A stretch of DNA of 63,800 nt, the filler included, from Craspedostauros australis (taxonomy: Eukaryota): assembly GCA_030167865.1 (NCBI GenBank). It is 5 parts of 5 records of this genome, joined end to end, with 100 filler letters (N's around TTAATTAATTAA, not from the genome) between each part and the next. Parts side by side here need not be neighbours in the genome. Positions count along the whole stretch, not along the records: positions 1 to 29,476 come from JALAGF010004969.1; 4 more parts are not named here. One strand, written 5' to 3'. Below, piece after piece: positions 1 through 10,982 of the stretch (positions are counted from its first letter, which is position 1; every line of letters begins with the position of its first letter). The notes beneath the pieces were generated by a model. That model worked only from the letters and a program-made list of their open reading frames with translations, made no database searches and was not told the origin of the DNA. The position numbers were made by a program, and so were the translations under genes.

Positions 1-404
1 CACCAGGACGAGTGGCGCTGCCGACAGCATCAGAGTGGAGTTGAGAGATAGCGGCCCACAAAGGAACACAACATACTGATACTTGGACAACGTACGAACA
101 GGCAGCGTGATGCGAATGAATACACGTGAACCTTGAGTACTCGTACCTATGTGTCTTGCAAGCGTAGGTAGGTAGATCTATGTTCGTTGAACATAGTGAT
201 GCCATACACACTATTATAGTACATACTCTACTCGTAGCTCCGTCAAGCAACATGTACTAATACTCGTGGGAACGCAAAGGCACGAGCTATGGTGCCACCC
301 CTGATCTCCATCTCATTGGTCTTGGTTCGTTCGTCAGTTGTTTCATTGATCCATCTATTCACGAGATATCTGAGTCACGATCAGGACAGCCGAAACTGTG
401 ATGT

Positions 405-436
405 GTCATGACGTCATGATGTCATGACGTCATGAA
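405..436. promoter_or_regulatory. Tandem palindromic bZIP-type (CRE/aureo-box TGACGTCA) elements
   Basis: GTCATGACGTCATGA(T/A) occurs twice in tandem (405-420, 421-436); the core TCATGACGTCATGA is a perfect 14-bp palindrome. An AP-1-like TGAGTCA lies at 371-377. About 700 bp upstream of the CDS at 1139. Function is inferred. Confidence 0.35.
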
Positions 437-1138
437 GAGAACAACAAGGAACGGCAAGATGCCAACACGAACAAACAACACAACAAAAGCCAAAACCAAT
501 GACAACACCAACAAAAACAACGAACATGTGACAACAAACGAGACGACCATACTTTCGATCATACTTTCGGAAGAGGGTAACGATGAGAACAATGATGAGG
601 GCGAACGAAGAAGGCGAAGACAACGAACGCTGCATCATCGATGGAGGGACATTTGAATTGATCTGATCATGGACTCGGTGATGGATCGATGATCAGCGAC
701 CCAGGAATGACGAAAATGGACAGCAACGTGTCACCATCGTGGTTCCCTCCGATTCAGTCTCTCTTCGTTCTCTTTCTCTCTCTCTCTGATGAGATGTGAT
801 GACACGTAATGAGAGTGGACCGTCGGTGGCAGAAACAATCAAGGAATGGCATCAGAAGGCATCAAACTGAATCAAACCACGCCGTACCACACCACACCAC
901 ACCACACCACACCAAACTATGCTCTATCTCGCCACACATCACAGTTTCATCGATATGGAAATGCAGGCACACATGCATCATCGAGCAGCTCACTCCTTCG
1001 CTGCAACCTCATTCCCTCACAAACATTTGAGGCAGCACTTCCACACCCACCATCACTGTTACTGACACTGTCACTGTCAACTTCACCAACATCATCATCA
1101 ACAACAGAAACAACAGTCACAACATCACAGCCAAGACA

Positions 1139-2821
1139 ATGACGACGATGATGCCATCAACAACGAAAGTAGCAACAGCATTGGCCTACATGTTCCTCCT
1201 TTTCGGGGATCTATCCTCTCTCTCTCCGCCAGGTGTGGCTGCGGGAACTCTCAGAGCCTCATCAGCCAAAGTTAGACCATCACCATCACCATCACCAACA
1301 ACGGGAGCAGCAAGACTGGGAGACGCATCGCCATCATTCAAGTCCACTTCGAGCAAGACTTCAAAGCAGACTTCAAAGCAGACAACTCGAAAGTCTGCCC
1401 ACAAGCTCCACAAGCAATCCAAGTCCCATTCGAGTGCTCAACCATCTGTCGATATCCCACATGTCCATACATCATCCTCAAGTGATGCTCTGATCAACGA
1501 CAGCAACCAGCCCACCGCCGCTCACATCGCCAACCATCGCACCGTCTTCCAAGCCAGAGTTACGCTTGATGGAATCGCGATGGATACCCTCAACCCTGAC
1601 GAGACCCTCTTCGTGGAGCAATCATTGACCAAGGCATTCCACACGGTCCAGTCGGAGTTCGGCGATCATGATTCCCACATTCACAACCTCATCGTGATTC
1701 CCACAACGACTTCCAACTCCGGTTCCAACTCCGACATGAATGCTGTTGGGGGTGCAGCCACGAGCGGACATGTGAACGGAGAGAGCAACAGCAATGTCAA
1801 CAGCAATGTCAACAGCAGCGATGACGGCGACGACAACAACCACAGTGACAGCAACGATGTCAACCAAGGTGATCGGATGCTGTTCCATTGGTCGTACAGC
1901 GGAGGATCGTACACACCCAACTTCCAGACTGGATACTACCATGTCAATATCTATGCCATCTTTGATGCATCGTGCTTCCTCTGTGGAAACCAGCCCGGCG
2001 CTGACGACGACGACGACGACGACGACGATGATGATGACAACGTGGTGCGGGTGGCGATGACTGACACGCCCACTTCCCATCCGACTTCAACACCAACGTC
2101 GGCACCATCAGCAACACCATCCGCAGCAGCGCCATCACCGATCCATCCGTCGCAATCTCCAACGACACCTTCAACATCGACACAACCATCATCGGTGCCA
2201 TCGCCATCGGTGCCACCATCGTCGTCACCATCGCCATCAATGGACGATGAGGATAGCATCGATGTCGACACCGATGAAGCCAGTCCATCCAACCAGACGG
2301 CAAGTCCATCCATGACACCATCGTCAACGATGTCCACCATTGAGCCTTCTTCTTCACAGGATCAACACATGGACGATGATGACGACTACTACTTTCGCCT
2401 TCCAAACCTTCGTGATGATGACGATGATGATGGATACAATGGCCGTGACAACTTCTCCAACTGGTACTTCAACTGGAGATCTCTTCAACAGCAGGGGCAA
2501 CAGCAGGAGCAACGAGATGAAGAGGAGGACGAGCAACACATCGCCACCGACTCATTCTCCATGAACCTTCGATCCTCTCCACGCCAATTGTCGACTAAGA
2601 ACGGAGAGGACAACAAGGCGACGACAACAACAGCGACAACAACAGCGACAACTGTCCAAGACCATGATGATGACAAAAGCGAAGAGGATCATCACATTCA
2701 TGGATCTGCTGTTGCTCATCGGCGGTTGGAGAACGCCCTGTGCGATGATCTTCGAACAGGTCCGTTTGATAGCCTCCGCGGAGTGGAGAATTGCGCCATC
2801 ACGTACACTCCTGTCGTGTGA
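1139..2821 (+). CDS. Secreted acidic Ser/Thr/Pro-rich diatom protein with KxxK cluster and RxL motifs (silaffin/cingulin-like composition; candidate cell-wall/EPS protein), copy A
   Basis: 560-aa ORF. Hydrophobic N-terminal signal (VATALAYMFLLFG...VAAG), Lys cluster KSTSSKTSKQTSKQTTRKSAHKLHKQSK, poly-Asp runs, a PTS linker, and Cys-containing folded segments (CFLC; LCDDLR...NCAITY). Near-identical inverted paralog at 28369-29476. Confidence 0.75.
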   Translation: MTTMMPSTTKVATALAYMFLLFGDLSSLSPPGVAAGTLRASSAKVRPSPSPSPTTGAARLGDASPSFKSTSSKTSKQTSKQTTRKSAHKLHKQSKSHSSAQPSVDIPHVHTSSSSDALINDSNQPTAAHIANHRTVFQARVTLDGIAMDTLNPDETLFVEQSLTKAFHTVQSEFGDHDSHIHNLIVIPTTTSNSGSNSDMNAVGGAATSGHVNGESNSNVNSNVNSSDDGDDNNHSDSNDVNQGDRMLFHWSYSGGSYTPNFQTGYYHVNIYAIFDASCFLCGNQPGADDDDDDDDDDDDNVVRVAMTDTPTSHPTSTPTSAPSATPSAAAPSPIHPSQSPTTPSTSTQPSSVPSPSVPPSSSPSPSMDDEDSIDVDTDEASPSNQTASPSMTPSSTMSTIEPSSSQDQHMDDDDDYYFRLPNLRDDDDDDGYNGRDNFSNWYFNWRSLQQQGQQQEQRDEEEDEQHIATDSFSMNLRSSPRQLSTKNGEDNKATTTTATTTATTVQDHDDDKSEEDHHIHGSAVAHRRLENALCDDLRTGPFDSLRGVENCAITYTPVV

Positions 2822-3239
2822 GCGAACTCGCAAATCCTGCCACATGTGCATGTAATAACGTAGTAGATCGAATGGAATATCATCATTAGCAGAGTTGCCG
2901 GTGCCACGTGCCCATTTCGGATACACGACGAAAATGCGAATGTGAATCAAACAAACATCTTTAGTCGAAGGGTCTTCTACTTCTCCACGAAGTCCATCTG
3001 ATTGCGAAGTGTGTTGAAATTGGAAGACGGTCTCTCGGAATAGTTCTGCATTCGCTTTGAACCTCATGGCGTTGAATTTGTCCTTTGCTGCGCTGCGTCT
3101 TCCGTCCTCAATCTTCGCCGTCAAACCGCTGCCCAATGCAATGTGGTGTCGTCAATCACTTGCTGCATTGACATCATGATGCGATTGTGTGCATGGCATT
3201 GGAAATGCCCACCGCTGGTGCAGCTATTGTATGTCTACT

Positions 3240-3735
3240 CTATTTGACTGGCAATCCCTTTTCTTGGAGCGACTTGAGACGCGGTTCATCTGGAACCTTG
3301 CCGATACATGCCTTGATTCGCTGTCCCCCGACCGAAACAGTGCACGATCCGCAATCACCTCTGTTGGTTGATGTTGTTTGTTGTTGTTGTGGAAAGATGA
3401 AGAAAAAAAGATGGTGAGGGACGCATATCCAATCATACCACGTCACTTCCATTCAAGTGCTGGAGCATGCCAATGCATTGCAGTTGTGCACGTTCGACGT
3501 ACTTTCGGCAAGAGTATTTGGGCTTGACGCCCAACGCAGCGACGGCGCTCTTCAGTGGGCTGCCTGGCTTGAAGTTCTTTTTCTTGTTGCCGTTCGTGAG
3601 GATGGTCATGGACAGCGTCGTGGACGATTGCTGCTGCTGTGGCAATTGCGGAGCCGTGAAGGCCTCGACGTAGCATTGTGACAGGCACAGGCACGCCGTC
3701 ACGACGAGAAGGACAGTGGTGTGGAACGATCTCAT
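3240..3735 (-). CDS. Plastid-targeted minimal 2Fe-2S ferredoxin-type protein (2 exons, 117 aa)
   Basis: Exon1 3735-3503 (MRSFHTTVLLVVTACLCLSQCYVEA|FTAPQ signal + AF motif ... PKYSCRK), GT-AG intron 3502-3361, exon2 3360-3240 (GDCGSCTVSVGGQRIKAC...). Splicing keeps the frame and builds C-x4-C-x2-C-x11-C (CRKGDCGSC...C), the 2Fe-2S motif. Confidence 0.85.
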
Positions 3736-4171
3736 GGTTGCTCTGTCTGAGGTGCAGCACTTCGTTGGGTGAAGTGAAGTGAAGTAATGCGGTGTTGCAA
3801 CTGGAGAATGCAACTTTGTGAAGTGTCTGGGAGTCAGTTTGGGTTACCGGAGTGTCGGCACTCGTAGCGTGAGTTGATTTCAGTTGAGTTGAGACGGATG
3901 AATGGTGTTGTGTGCGTTGCGATGTGCCGCGATCCTTGATTTTCCGGTGTCATGATCTGTGAGGAACGCTTGCGCCAGGTCAGCAAGACGAAAGGAAAGA
4001 AGCCAACAAGCAAGGAAGGAAGGCAGGAAGGGATGGCCATCAAGAGAGTCGCCGTTGTCGTCTCCGTTTCCGCCATCTCGCTTGTCTGTCGTTTGCCATC
4101 AAGTTCTTCTTTCGACGAACTGTCGTCACATTTTTGTTCTGCCTACTTCAGTCGTTCATACCACTCGAGTG

Positions 4172-4206
4172 CGTTCGTTCGTTCGTTCGTTCGTTCGTTC
4201 GTTCGT
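4172..4206. repeat. (CGTT)n microsatellite
   Basis: About 8 perfect CGTT units in the divergent intergenic region between the 2Fe-2S gene and atpC. Confidence 0.9.
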
Positions 4207-4967
4207 GTGCGTGGATGCGCATTCGTTTGTTGCGTTTTGTGTGCCAGGGGTGACATCACTGTTGGCATTCCTGACGTTTGATGTGGAGCTGGAAAAGTCT
4301 TCTTGCAGATCTTTGATACCACGTGAGGTATCAGGTAGTATCAAGTTAGTATTCCGCATTGATGCTGAATGAATACGAAGAAGATACCATGTGTGGTATA
4401 TTCAAGTTGTGACATTTGAATCAAGCGATTCGATTGGGTTATGCATACGTCAGTCAGGTGGGGATCGTCACGGAGGAAAAGGGAAAAAAACGTGCGGTCG
4501 GTGCCGCATTTGCGGTTGAATCCACGGAATGGTGTGTGTCCGTCACACAACAGGAGTGGTGGGTTGGACAGGAGGCATTGGCAGATGGATGGACGGTTGA
4601 TGTGTTCGAGGAGCTTGTGCCCATGCGCGTACTTCCGACTCCAGCGAATGGTAACGAAGGTCTGTTGCGTTGTGCGTGCATGCGGCACGAACCCTTTCGA
4701 CTGTACGTCGCAACGCAACGCCGGAGAGGAAACCAAACAAAACAAACGGCAAAGCACGTGGTATCGTGTCGCACCCCAGTTTGCACGTACGAACAAGACG
4801 AACTCCGGCTGCGAGAAAACCCGCGCAGCCATCACCCCACTGCTCAGCCAACATCACAGCGAAGAGACTCACAGCCCCATTCCAGACGCACAAGCAGCCA
4901 CAAACAGCTAATCTAGCATAGTCAAACACCCTGACAGGAAAATCATCTCCACACACGCGCATCCACC

Positions 4968-7055
4968 ATGAGATTCTTCTGCCTGAGCGCTCTTTTGGCC
5001 ACCGCCGCTGCTTTCACCAGCCAGCCAGCTGCCTTCACAACCCACTCCCCTCTGGTCGGAGAGCGCGTCGTTGGAGGAGTCGTCGCTGATGGTGCTGCCC
5101 ACCGCACACGACGTGCCACCATCGTCATGGACGGAAAGGCCAATGGTACGTATTCCACGAGGGCTTCAACATCACGTAGATTTGATGCCATGAGAACACA
5201 TTCGCACACGCACGCAGAGGCAGACAAACGCACGAAGCAGGAGTTGACGAATGCGCAAGCGTTGGGCGTTCAACTATCATCATCACCATGATTGTGATGG
5301 TCATCCCAGCATCTGCCAATCTTTTCACACGCAGGGACGGAACACTTCACCAAAATTGCCAGTGCCGCATCGGCAGGTCGAACACCAACACCAGCAAAGG
5401 TGAATGCATCGTCGCAGATCACAGCTCCAACAGCAGCTCAACGGCAGAGCAGCAGCACATCACGTCATCCTTCGTGGACAGACGGTGCAGGCTTGGCTGT
5501 CTTGATCAACTCGCCAGCTGCTGATGTTACGTGCCGTCTACGGTTGACTCAGGATACTCCCTTTCTACGGATACCATCTCCCTGCGTGGCCGCAGCTCTC
5601 TATCCATCTATCTCTCTTGCCGACCATCTCACCATGAACATGAAACCCTCTCCTGTCTCTCTTTTTGCGCCTCAAAACACCCTCTCCCGCACATCGGTTG
5701 GGCGAATCTTTTGATTTTATTTTGCGCTACACTCGATTCGGACGCTACGAACGCATACGCACGAACGGCGGATGGCTGGCGACGCACACAACAACGACAA
5801 AAACGAATGATCAATGCGCGACGTACCCTTTCCCATGATACGATGCATCATGCCATTGCCGCATCTCTGTCCATGCCTGCTGTTTGCTACTTGACCAACC
5901 ATGATGTCATGCACACCACATCAAACGCCACGCATATGAACAACGCCTTCGACTGGCGACTCTCGCTCATGCCTTGCGCGCCTTACAACTGTGTGCTGTG
6001 ACGAATGACTCCTCCCAATCGCGATCCTTCGCGCCGTCACATGAATGGTGACTGCAACCGCGCTGCGACTGTTGCAACAACGACAATGCTCCCAATGATG
6101 ATAACGATGATGTCGATCCACAGCCATCCGTGACCGCATCAAGAGTGTCAAGAACACCCGTAAGATCACCATGGCCATGAAGCTCGTCGCCGCCGCCAAG
6201 GTGCGTCGTGCCCAGGACGCCGTCCTCGCCACCCGTCCATTCTCTGAGACCCTCCAGTCCGTCTTCGGAGGACTCGTCCAGCGATTGGGCGATGACACCA
6301 TCGATCTCCCACTCCTCACCCAGCGCGAGGTCAAGAAGGTCACCCTCGTCGTCGTCACGGGAGACCGTGGTCTCTGCGGAGGTTACAACTCCTTCATGAT
6401 CAAGAAGGCCGAGGCCCGTTACAAGGAGCTTCAGTCCCAGGGCGTCGAATGCGACTTCATCCTCATCGGAAAGAAGGGAGCCGTCTACTTCGAGCGCCGC
6501 AAGTACCCAATCCGCAAGACCTTCGACTGCGGACAGAACCCAGACTCCAAGCAAGCCCTCGCCATCTCCGAGGAGATCCTCAACACCTACCTCGCCGGAG
6601 AGAGCGACGCCATCGAGCTCCTTTACACCAAGTTCGTCTCCCTCATCGCCTCCATGCCAAGTGTCCGCACTCTGGTCCCATTCTCCGCCTCCGAGATCAC
6701 CCAGAAGGGTGACGAGGTCTTCCAGCTCACCTCCGATTCGGGAGCCTTCGGTGTCGAGCGCACCGAGCTCGATGTCGCCGAGCCACAGGAATTCCCCAAC
6801 GACATGATCTTCGAGCAGGATCCACTCCAGATCGTCAACTCCATCCTCCCACTCTACCTCAACGGACAGATCCTCCGAACCCTCCAGGAGTCCGTCGCCT
6901 CCGAACTCGCCGCCCGTATGCAGAGTATGCAATCCGCCAGTGACAACGCCGGTGAGCTCGCCAAGAAGCTCTCCCTCGAATACAACCGCGCTCGTCAAGC
7001 TGCCGTCACCCAGGAAATCCTCGAAATTGTCTCCGGAGCCCAGGCTCTCGAGTAA
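4968..7055 (+). CDS. atpC: Chloroplast ATP synthase gamma subunit (nuclear-encoded, 2 exons)
   Basis: Exon1 4968-5145 (MRFFCLSALLATAAA|FTSQP bipartite presequence ... VMDGKAN), intron 5146-6123 (GTACGT...CAG), exon2 6124-7055 (AIRDRIKSVKNTRKITMAMKLVAAAKV; GDRGLCGGYN; ELAARM; YNRARQAAVTQEILEIVSGA). Confidence 0.97.
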
Positions 7056-7518
7056 GCGCCTCCGTTTGTTGCGGAAGGGACCGATCCAGCGTTCGACCAG
7101 CATCAACAGCGACATTGGGCACGTTCCATCCAGACAACAAGCACCACCAATCAAAACAACAACAACAGTCTACGATGTGCGGCTTCCGAGAAGCAGCGTG
7201 TGTGCTTCTCCTGCCCAGCATCTGAACAAAAACCGTCGAGATCCACCCTATTCCAACCTCACCCGTCTACGACGTCTGCTGAACACGCACATAGGAGTTC
7301 AGTATTGCACAAACCAACCACCAAACCAGCAGCACACGGGTTTCCGGGGCTAGGGCAGACCTCAACAATCGCAAGATCACATTAAGCTAACTCAACCTCA
7401 ACTTTGGTTTTCGCAATTCCCGATTCCAGTCCGTAGATACAGTCGTTCTTTCCTTCGTGGGTGTGCTTGCGCGCTGATGGGACATGCTGTCAGTGCAGAA
7501 CACATGTCCATCTTCTCC

Positions 7519-10035
7519 TCACAGCGTCCCCGTGATGTGCTGGTGATCGAACAACCGGAACTCCTCCAACGCATCTGCCTTGGACAGCAACGGGACGATC
7601 GAAGCAAACGATTCCCGCAGCGCTTCCATCCTCGATGCTACGATAGTCGCAGATACCGACTCCATGTCACCACCGACATCAGTATGATTCCGAATCAACT
7701 TCATTCCGGCCTCCTGGCAACCACCGATGATCTCAGCGCCCGTGAATCCTCCCGTCACTTCATCTGACGCCAGCAGCTTCAGATCCTTCTCATCACGCAA
7801 TCCCCAATCCTTCAGCTGCATCCGCAAGATCGATTGTCTCGCCTCGGCGTCAGGCGGTGCCACGTAGATGATCTTATCACCCAATCGTCCCGGACGCAGC
7901 AGCGCTGCATCCAACGTCCACGGGCGGTTCGTGGCGCCCAGCACCAGCACACCATCCTCGGCCTTGGCATCCACACCGTCCATCTCGTTGAGGAAGGTCG
8001 ACAACACACGAGCCTCCGCGCTGTTGCCGCGGCCCCCACTGGAGTCAAACAACACATCCATTTCGTCCAAGAACAGAATGCAGGGCGACACCGATCGGGC
8101 CAACGCGAAGGCGCGTCGAATCACGCTCTCTGCCTCGCCAACATACGACGACGCGTAGACGTCGGCCGGTGCGTACGAGAGGAATGCCATGCCGTTGGCG
8201 TTGGCCGCGGCGCGCGCTAGCGTCGTCTTGGCGCAACCCGGGGGACCGTGCAACAGAATTCCGCGCGGCGGGGTCAGGCCGAGTCGTCGAAAGGCGGCGC
8301 GTCGTGGTCCTTCGATGCATTGGCGCAGCACCGTTTTGGCGGGACCTGCCACATCATCCCATGTGGTCTTCTTCATCATGCTGGACGACGATGCCGCGGA
8401 ACCTCGCAATGCCGACGCGCCCACTTCCAACAACGCCTGTTCGATGCTCGTGTTCGCAATCGTCAGCTTGCGCACCAGCGCCACTAGATCGGCCGGCACG
8501 AAGCCCACCGAAAGCTCGGCGATTTGTTGAATTTCGGCGTCGGGCAGCGGCAACAGCGTGCGCAACAGATCGTATCGCTGCTCGACGCCGGGCGGTCCCA
8601 CAGCGAACTCCACCTCCAGTCGTCGGCGCAAGCGTTGCGGGATGCTGTCAATGCGGTTCGTGGCAGCCCAAACCAACATGCGATCGCTTGCCTGATCCAT
8701 CAACGTGCAGAAGGTGTCCACCGTGGTGCTCGCTATCGTCGAAAAGAGAGCATCGCACTCATCAAAGAACAACACGACGACGTCGGCGATCGATTGCCGC
8801 AACAAAGTGGCGGCACGCTCGAAGATATTCTGAAGCTGTTTGGAAGTCGCGCCCGTTATTTGGCTGGCACCATTGCTGCTGAGTTCGGAACCACGGATAG
8901 ATTGCAGGTGAATCTTTGCTTTGATTCCACACGGAGAGGTATCACCTTCGAGCCATTCGGTTGCCCCCTGAATGGCCTTGCCCACGGAGTATGTCTTGCC
9001 TGTACCAGGCGGTCCACTGAGCATGATATGGCGAGGGATAGGAATCGTTTGCAGTGCGGATTGGATCGCCAGCGTGAGAGTGGAAATGAGCCGAGAACTG
9101 GAGTCTGCTGTTTGCGGCTGTACTTTGCTGGTTGCAGCAGGAATAGTGGGTTGCTCGGGCTCCGTCGTAATAGTTATTCGTGTGCTCGGCAACACTTTGT
9201 ACAGCAGCAGCAGGGTCGGTGGTGATGATGATGCTGGCGAAAGTGGCATTGCGGACGACGTTGGCGATAGTGCCGATGAGCTTGGCGAATGCAAGCAATC
9301 GGATGCCATGGCGCGATTGGCAGCCAGATGCTGCACTCGCAACGTAGTTGTAGCGTCGAATTGAGGATCATTCTCAGCATTGCCCCCTTCGGCGAATGAG
9401 ACCTGAACTGCTGATGTAACGTCCGACTCAGGATCAAACGCGATCACACAGCCCGCCAACTGTCGTTTCCAGCAGCTCAGCAGCAGGGGATGGATCGTCT
9501 CCGTCCCTGCCTTTTCCACCACCAGCGACAGCGATGCCAACGGAACCGGCATGCTGCATATCAAGCCAACGAACTCAATGTCCGTCCCATCGTTCTCGGT
9601 TGCGTGAGCATCTGTATGAGCGTCTGCACAAGTGTCTGGATCAGCCTTCGAACAATCCTCGCTTAACTGGAAAACGGCTTCTCTGTGCGAAAGCTCCGCA
9701 TCCTTCGCTGAATCTCTGATCAATCTGTGCTTCGAATCAAATTGCAACGTGGATGTTTGCATCGGACAGCGTAGCTGAATGCTGTCATCGTATCGCAATA
9801 TCGTCTGCTGTTGCTGGAGTTGCATGGAAAGTGGGACATCCGTTCGAGACAGCGTCCATCGGCCTTTGCAGGCGATCACAACTGCATTGCATTCCACTTG
9901 TTTCTGATTGCGTGTGCCATTGCGTGGAAACACCACCTGGCACTGCCCTCGGTTCAAATTATGAGTTGGCATGGCATGGCATGTGGCAAAGGAAGTTGTT
10001 GGCGTCTCTTCCTCTTGTGCTTGCGCATAAGTCAT
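7519..10035 (-). CDS. Type II AAA+ ATPase, CDC48 family (AFG2/SPATA5/SPATA5L1-like)
   Basis: Two AAA modules: GPPGTGKT...FFDECD...AATNR and GPPGCAKT...FLDEMD...ATNRPWTLDAALLRPGRL. Start codon uncertain. Confidence 0.85.
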   Translation of the reverse strand: MTYAQAQEEETPTTSFATCHAMPTHNLNRGQCQVVFPRNGTRNQKQVECNAVVIACKGRWTLSRTDVPLSMQLQQQQTILRYDDSIQLRCPMQTSTLQFDSKHRLIRDSAKDAELSHREAVFQLSEDCSKADPDTCADAHTDAHATENDGTDIEFVGLICSMPVPLASLSLVVEKAGTETIHPLLLSCWKRQLAGCVIAFDPESDVTSAVQVSFAEGGNAENDPQFDATTTLRVQHLAANRAMASDCLHSPSSSALSPTSSAMPLSPASSSPPTLLLLYKVLPSTRITITTEPEQPTIPAATSKVQPQTADSSSRLISTLTLAIQSALQTIPIPRHIMLSGPPGTGKTYSVGKAIQGATEWLEGDTSPCGIKAKIHLQSIRGSELSSNGASQITGATSKQLQNIFERAATLLRQSIADVVVLFFDECDALFSTIASTTVDTFCTLMDQASDRMLVWAATNRIDSIPQRLRRRLEVEFAVGPPGVEQRYDLLRTLLPLPDAEIQQIAELSVGFVPADLVALVRKLTIANTSIEQALLEVGASALRGSAASSSSMMKKTTWDDVAGPAKTVLRQCIEGPRRAAFRRLGLTPPRGILLHGPPGCAKTTLARAAANANGMAFLSYAPADVYASSYVGEAESVIRRAFALARSVSPCILFLDEMDVLFDSSGGRGNSAEARVLSTFLNEMDGVDAKAEDGVLVLGATNRPWTLDAALLRPGRLGDKIIYVAPPDAEARQSILRMQLKDWGLRDEKDLKLLASDEVTGGFTGAEIIGGCQEAGMKLIRNHTDVGGDMESVSATIVASRMEALRESFASIVPLLSKADALEEFRLFDHQHITGTL

Positions 10036-10477
10036 GTCGGCTCAGTTCGCCACCGAAGCTGGCATCTCTCTTGTGGAAGAGGTGGATTCGCAGAAGAACA
10101 CAGATGTTTGCTGACTTGGTATCATCCGCAGAACATGAAATGTGGCGGGAAATTGGTGGATGCTCGATTCCTTCGATCACACGTTTACTCGACTCAGTCG
10201 AAAACCTGTTGATTGAAGTCGATCCAAAAGGAACCGCAGTGAAAACGTCAGATTCAGAGAAGTTGTCCAATCGTCTTCCTCCATTATCTTTCTATTTCTT
10301 GTTGTTTCATGCCCATTTTGGATTTTGCATTTTATTCGTTCTTTTCGAGAGTTGCGTCAGTAGTTAGTCACGATTTTACGGGATCGACAGTATCCCAACT
10401 TCGTGTCGTTTTGTTGGCACATCAACGTGCGCCGACATTCAATGACATGGTCTCTTCGTCTCTCTCTCTCTCGGGGC

Positions 10478-10503
10478 AGAGAGAGAGAGAGAGAGAGAGA
10501 GAG
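10478..10503. repeat. (GA)n microsatellite
   Basis: Perfect GA run, preceded by a (TC)n run at about 10460-10472. Confidence 0.85.
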
Positions 10504-10982
10504 CCAATACCGGGAGAGTCGTACATATATTAGCGGATCTGGTGCCATCCTCCACGACATCTCACCTTCCTTTCTGGATGCAGGTTCCTTCGCCATCGCT
10601 TCGGTTTCCCGTTGTCGCTCATGCTTCGTTGTCTGTTGCTCGTTTGCTCCATTCAGCAATGTGGCTCGTGCTTCGTTTCCATGTCGGTGTGCAGCTTCGG
10701 TCAACCCTACTGCGTCGTACGAGTATGGTACCGATCTGTTGGCTCTGCTTCTCTACTCCATCCCGCAAATCACATCAAGTATGATGTTACATGGCTTCCA
10801 GCACTCAACATCGCCGACCTCCATGCATAGATACGAGATAACAATGTCGTTTTCTGATGCATTACAATCAGTATTCCCGTTACTCTTCCAAATTTAGTGT
10901 TCCCCGCATTAATCGTCTTACTTCCCAATCAACCGATTGATGTGAACCAAGCCACCCTATGTCACGCCACGTCATGCCATGA

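Noticed and set aside
414..1142. Short ORFs in CA-rich DNA upstream of the first gene
   Set aside because: Microsatellite-like (CAA, CACAC) composition typical of promoter/5'UTR here; no protein-like features.
5967..7154. 395-aa antisense ORF over atpC (similarly 11517-13028, 41130-42614, 50789-52294, 55314-57260)
   Set aside because: Shadow ORFs caused by strong C/G3 codon bias of the real gene on the opposite strand.
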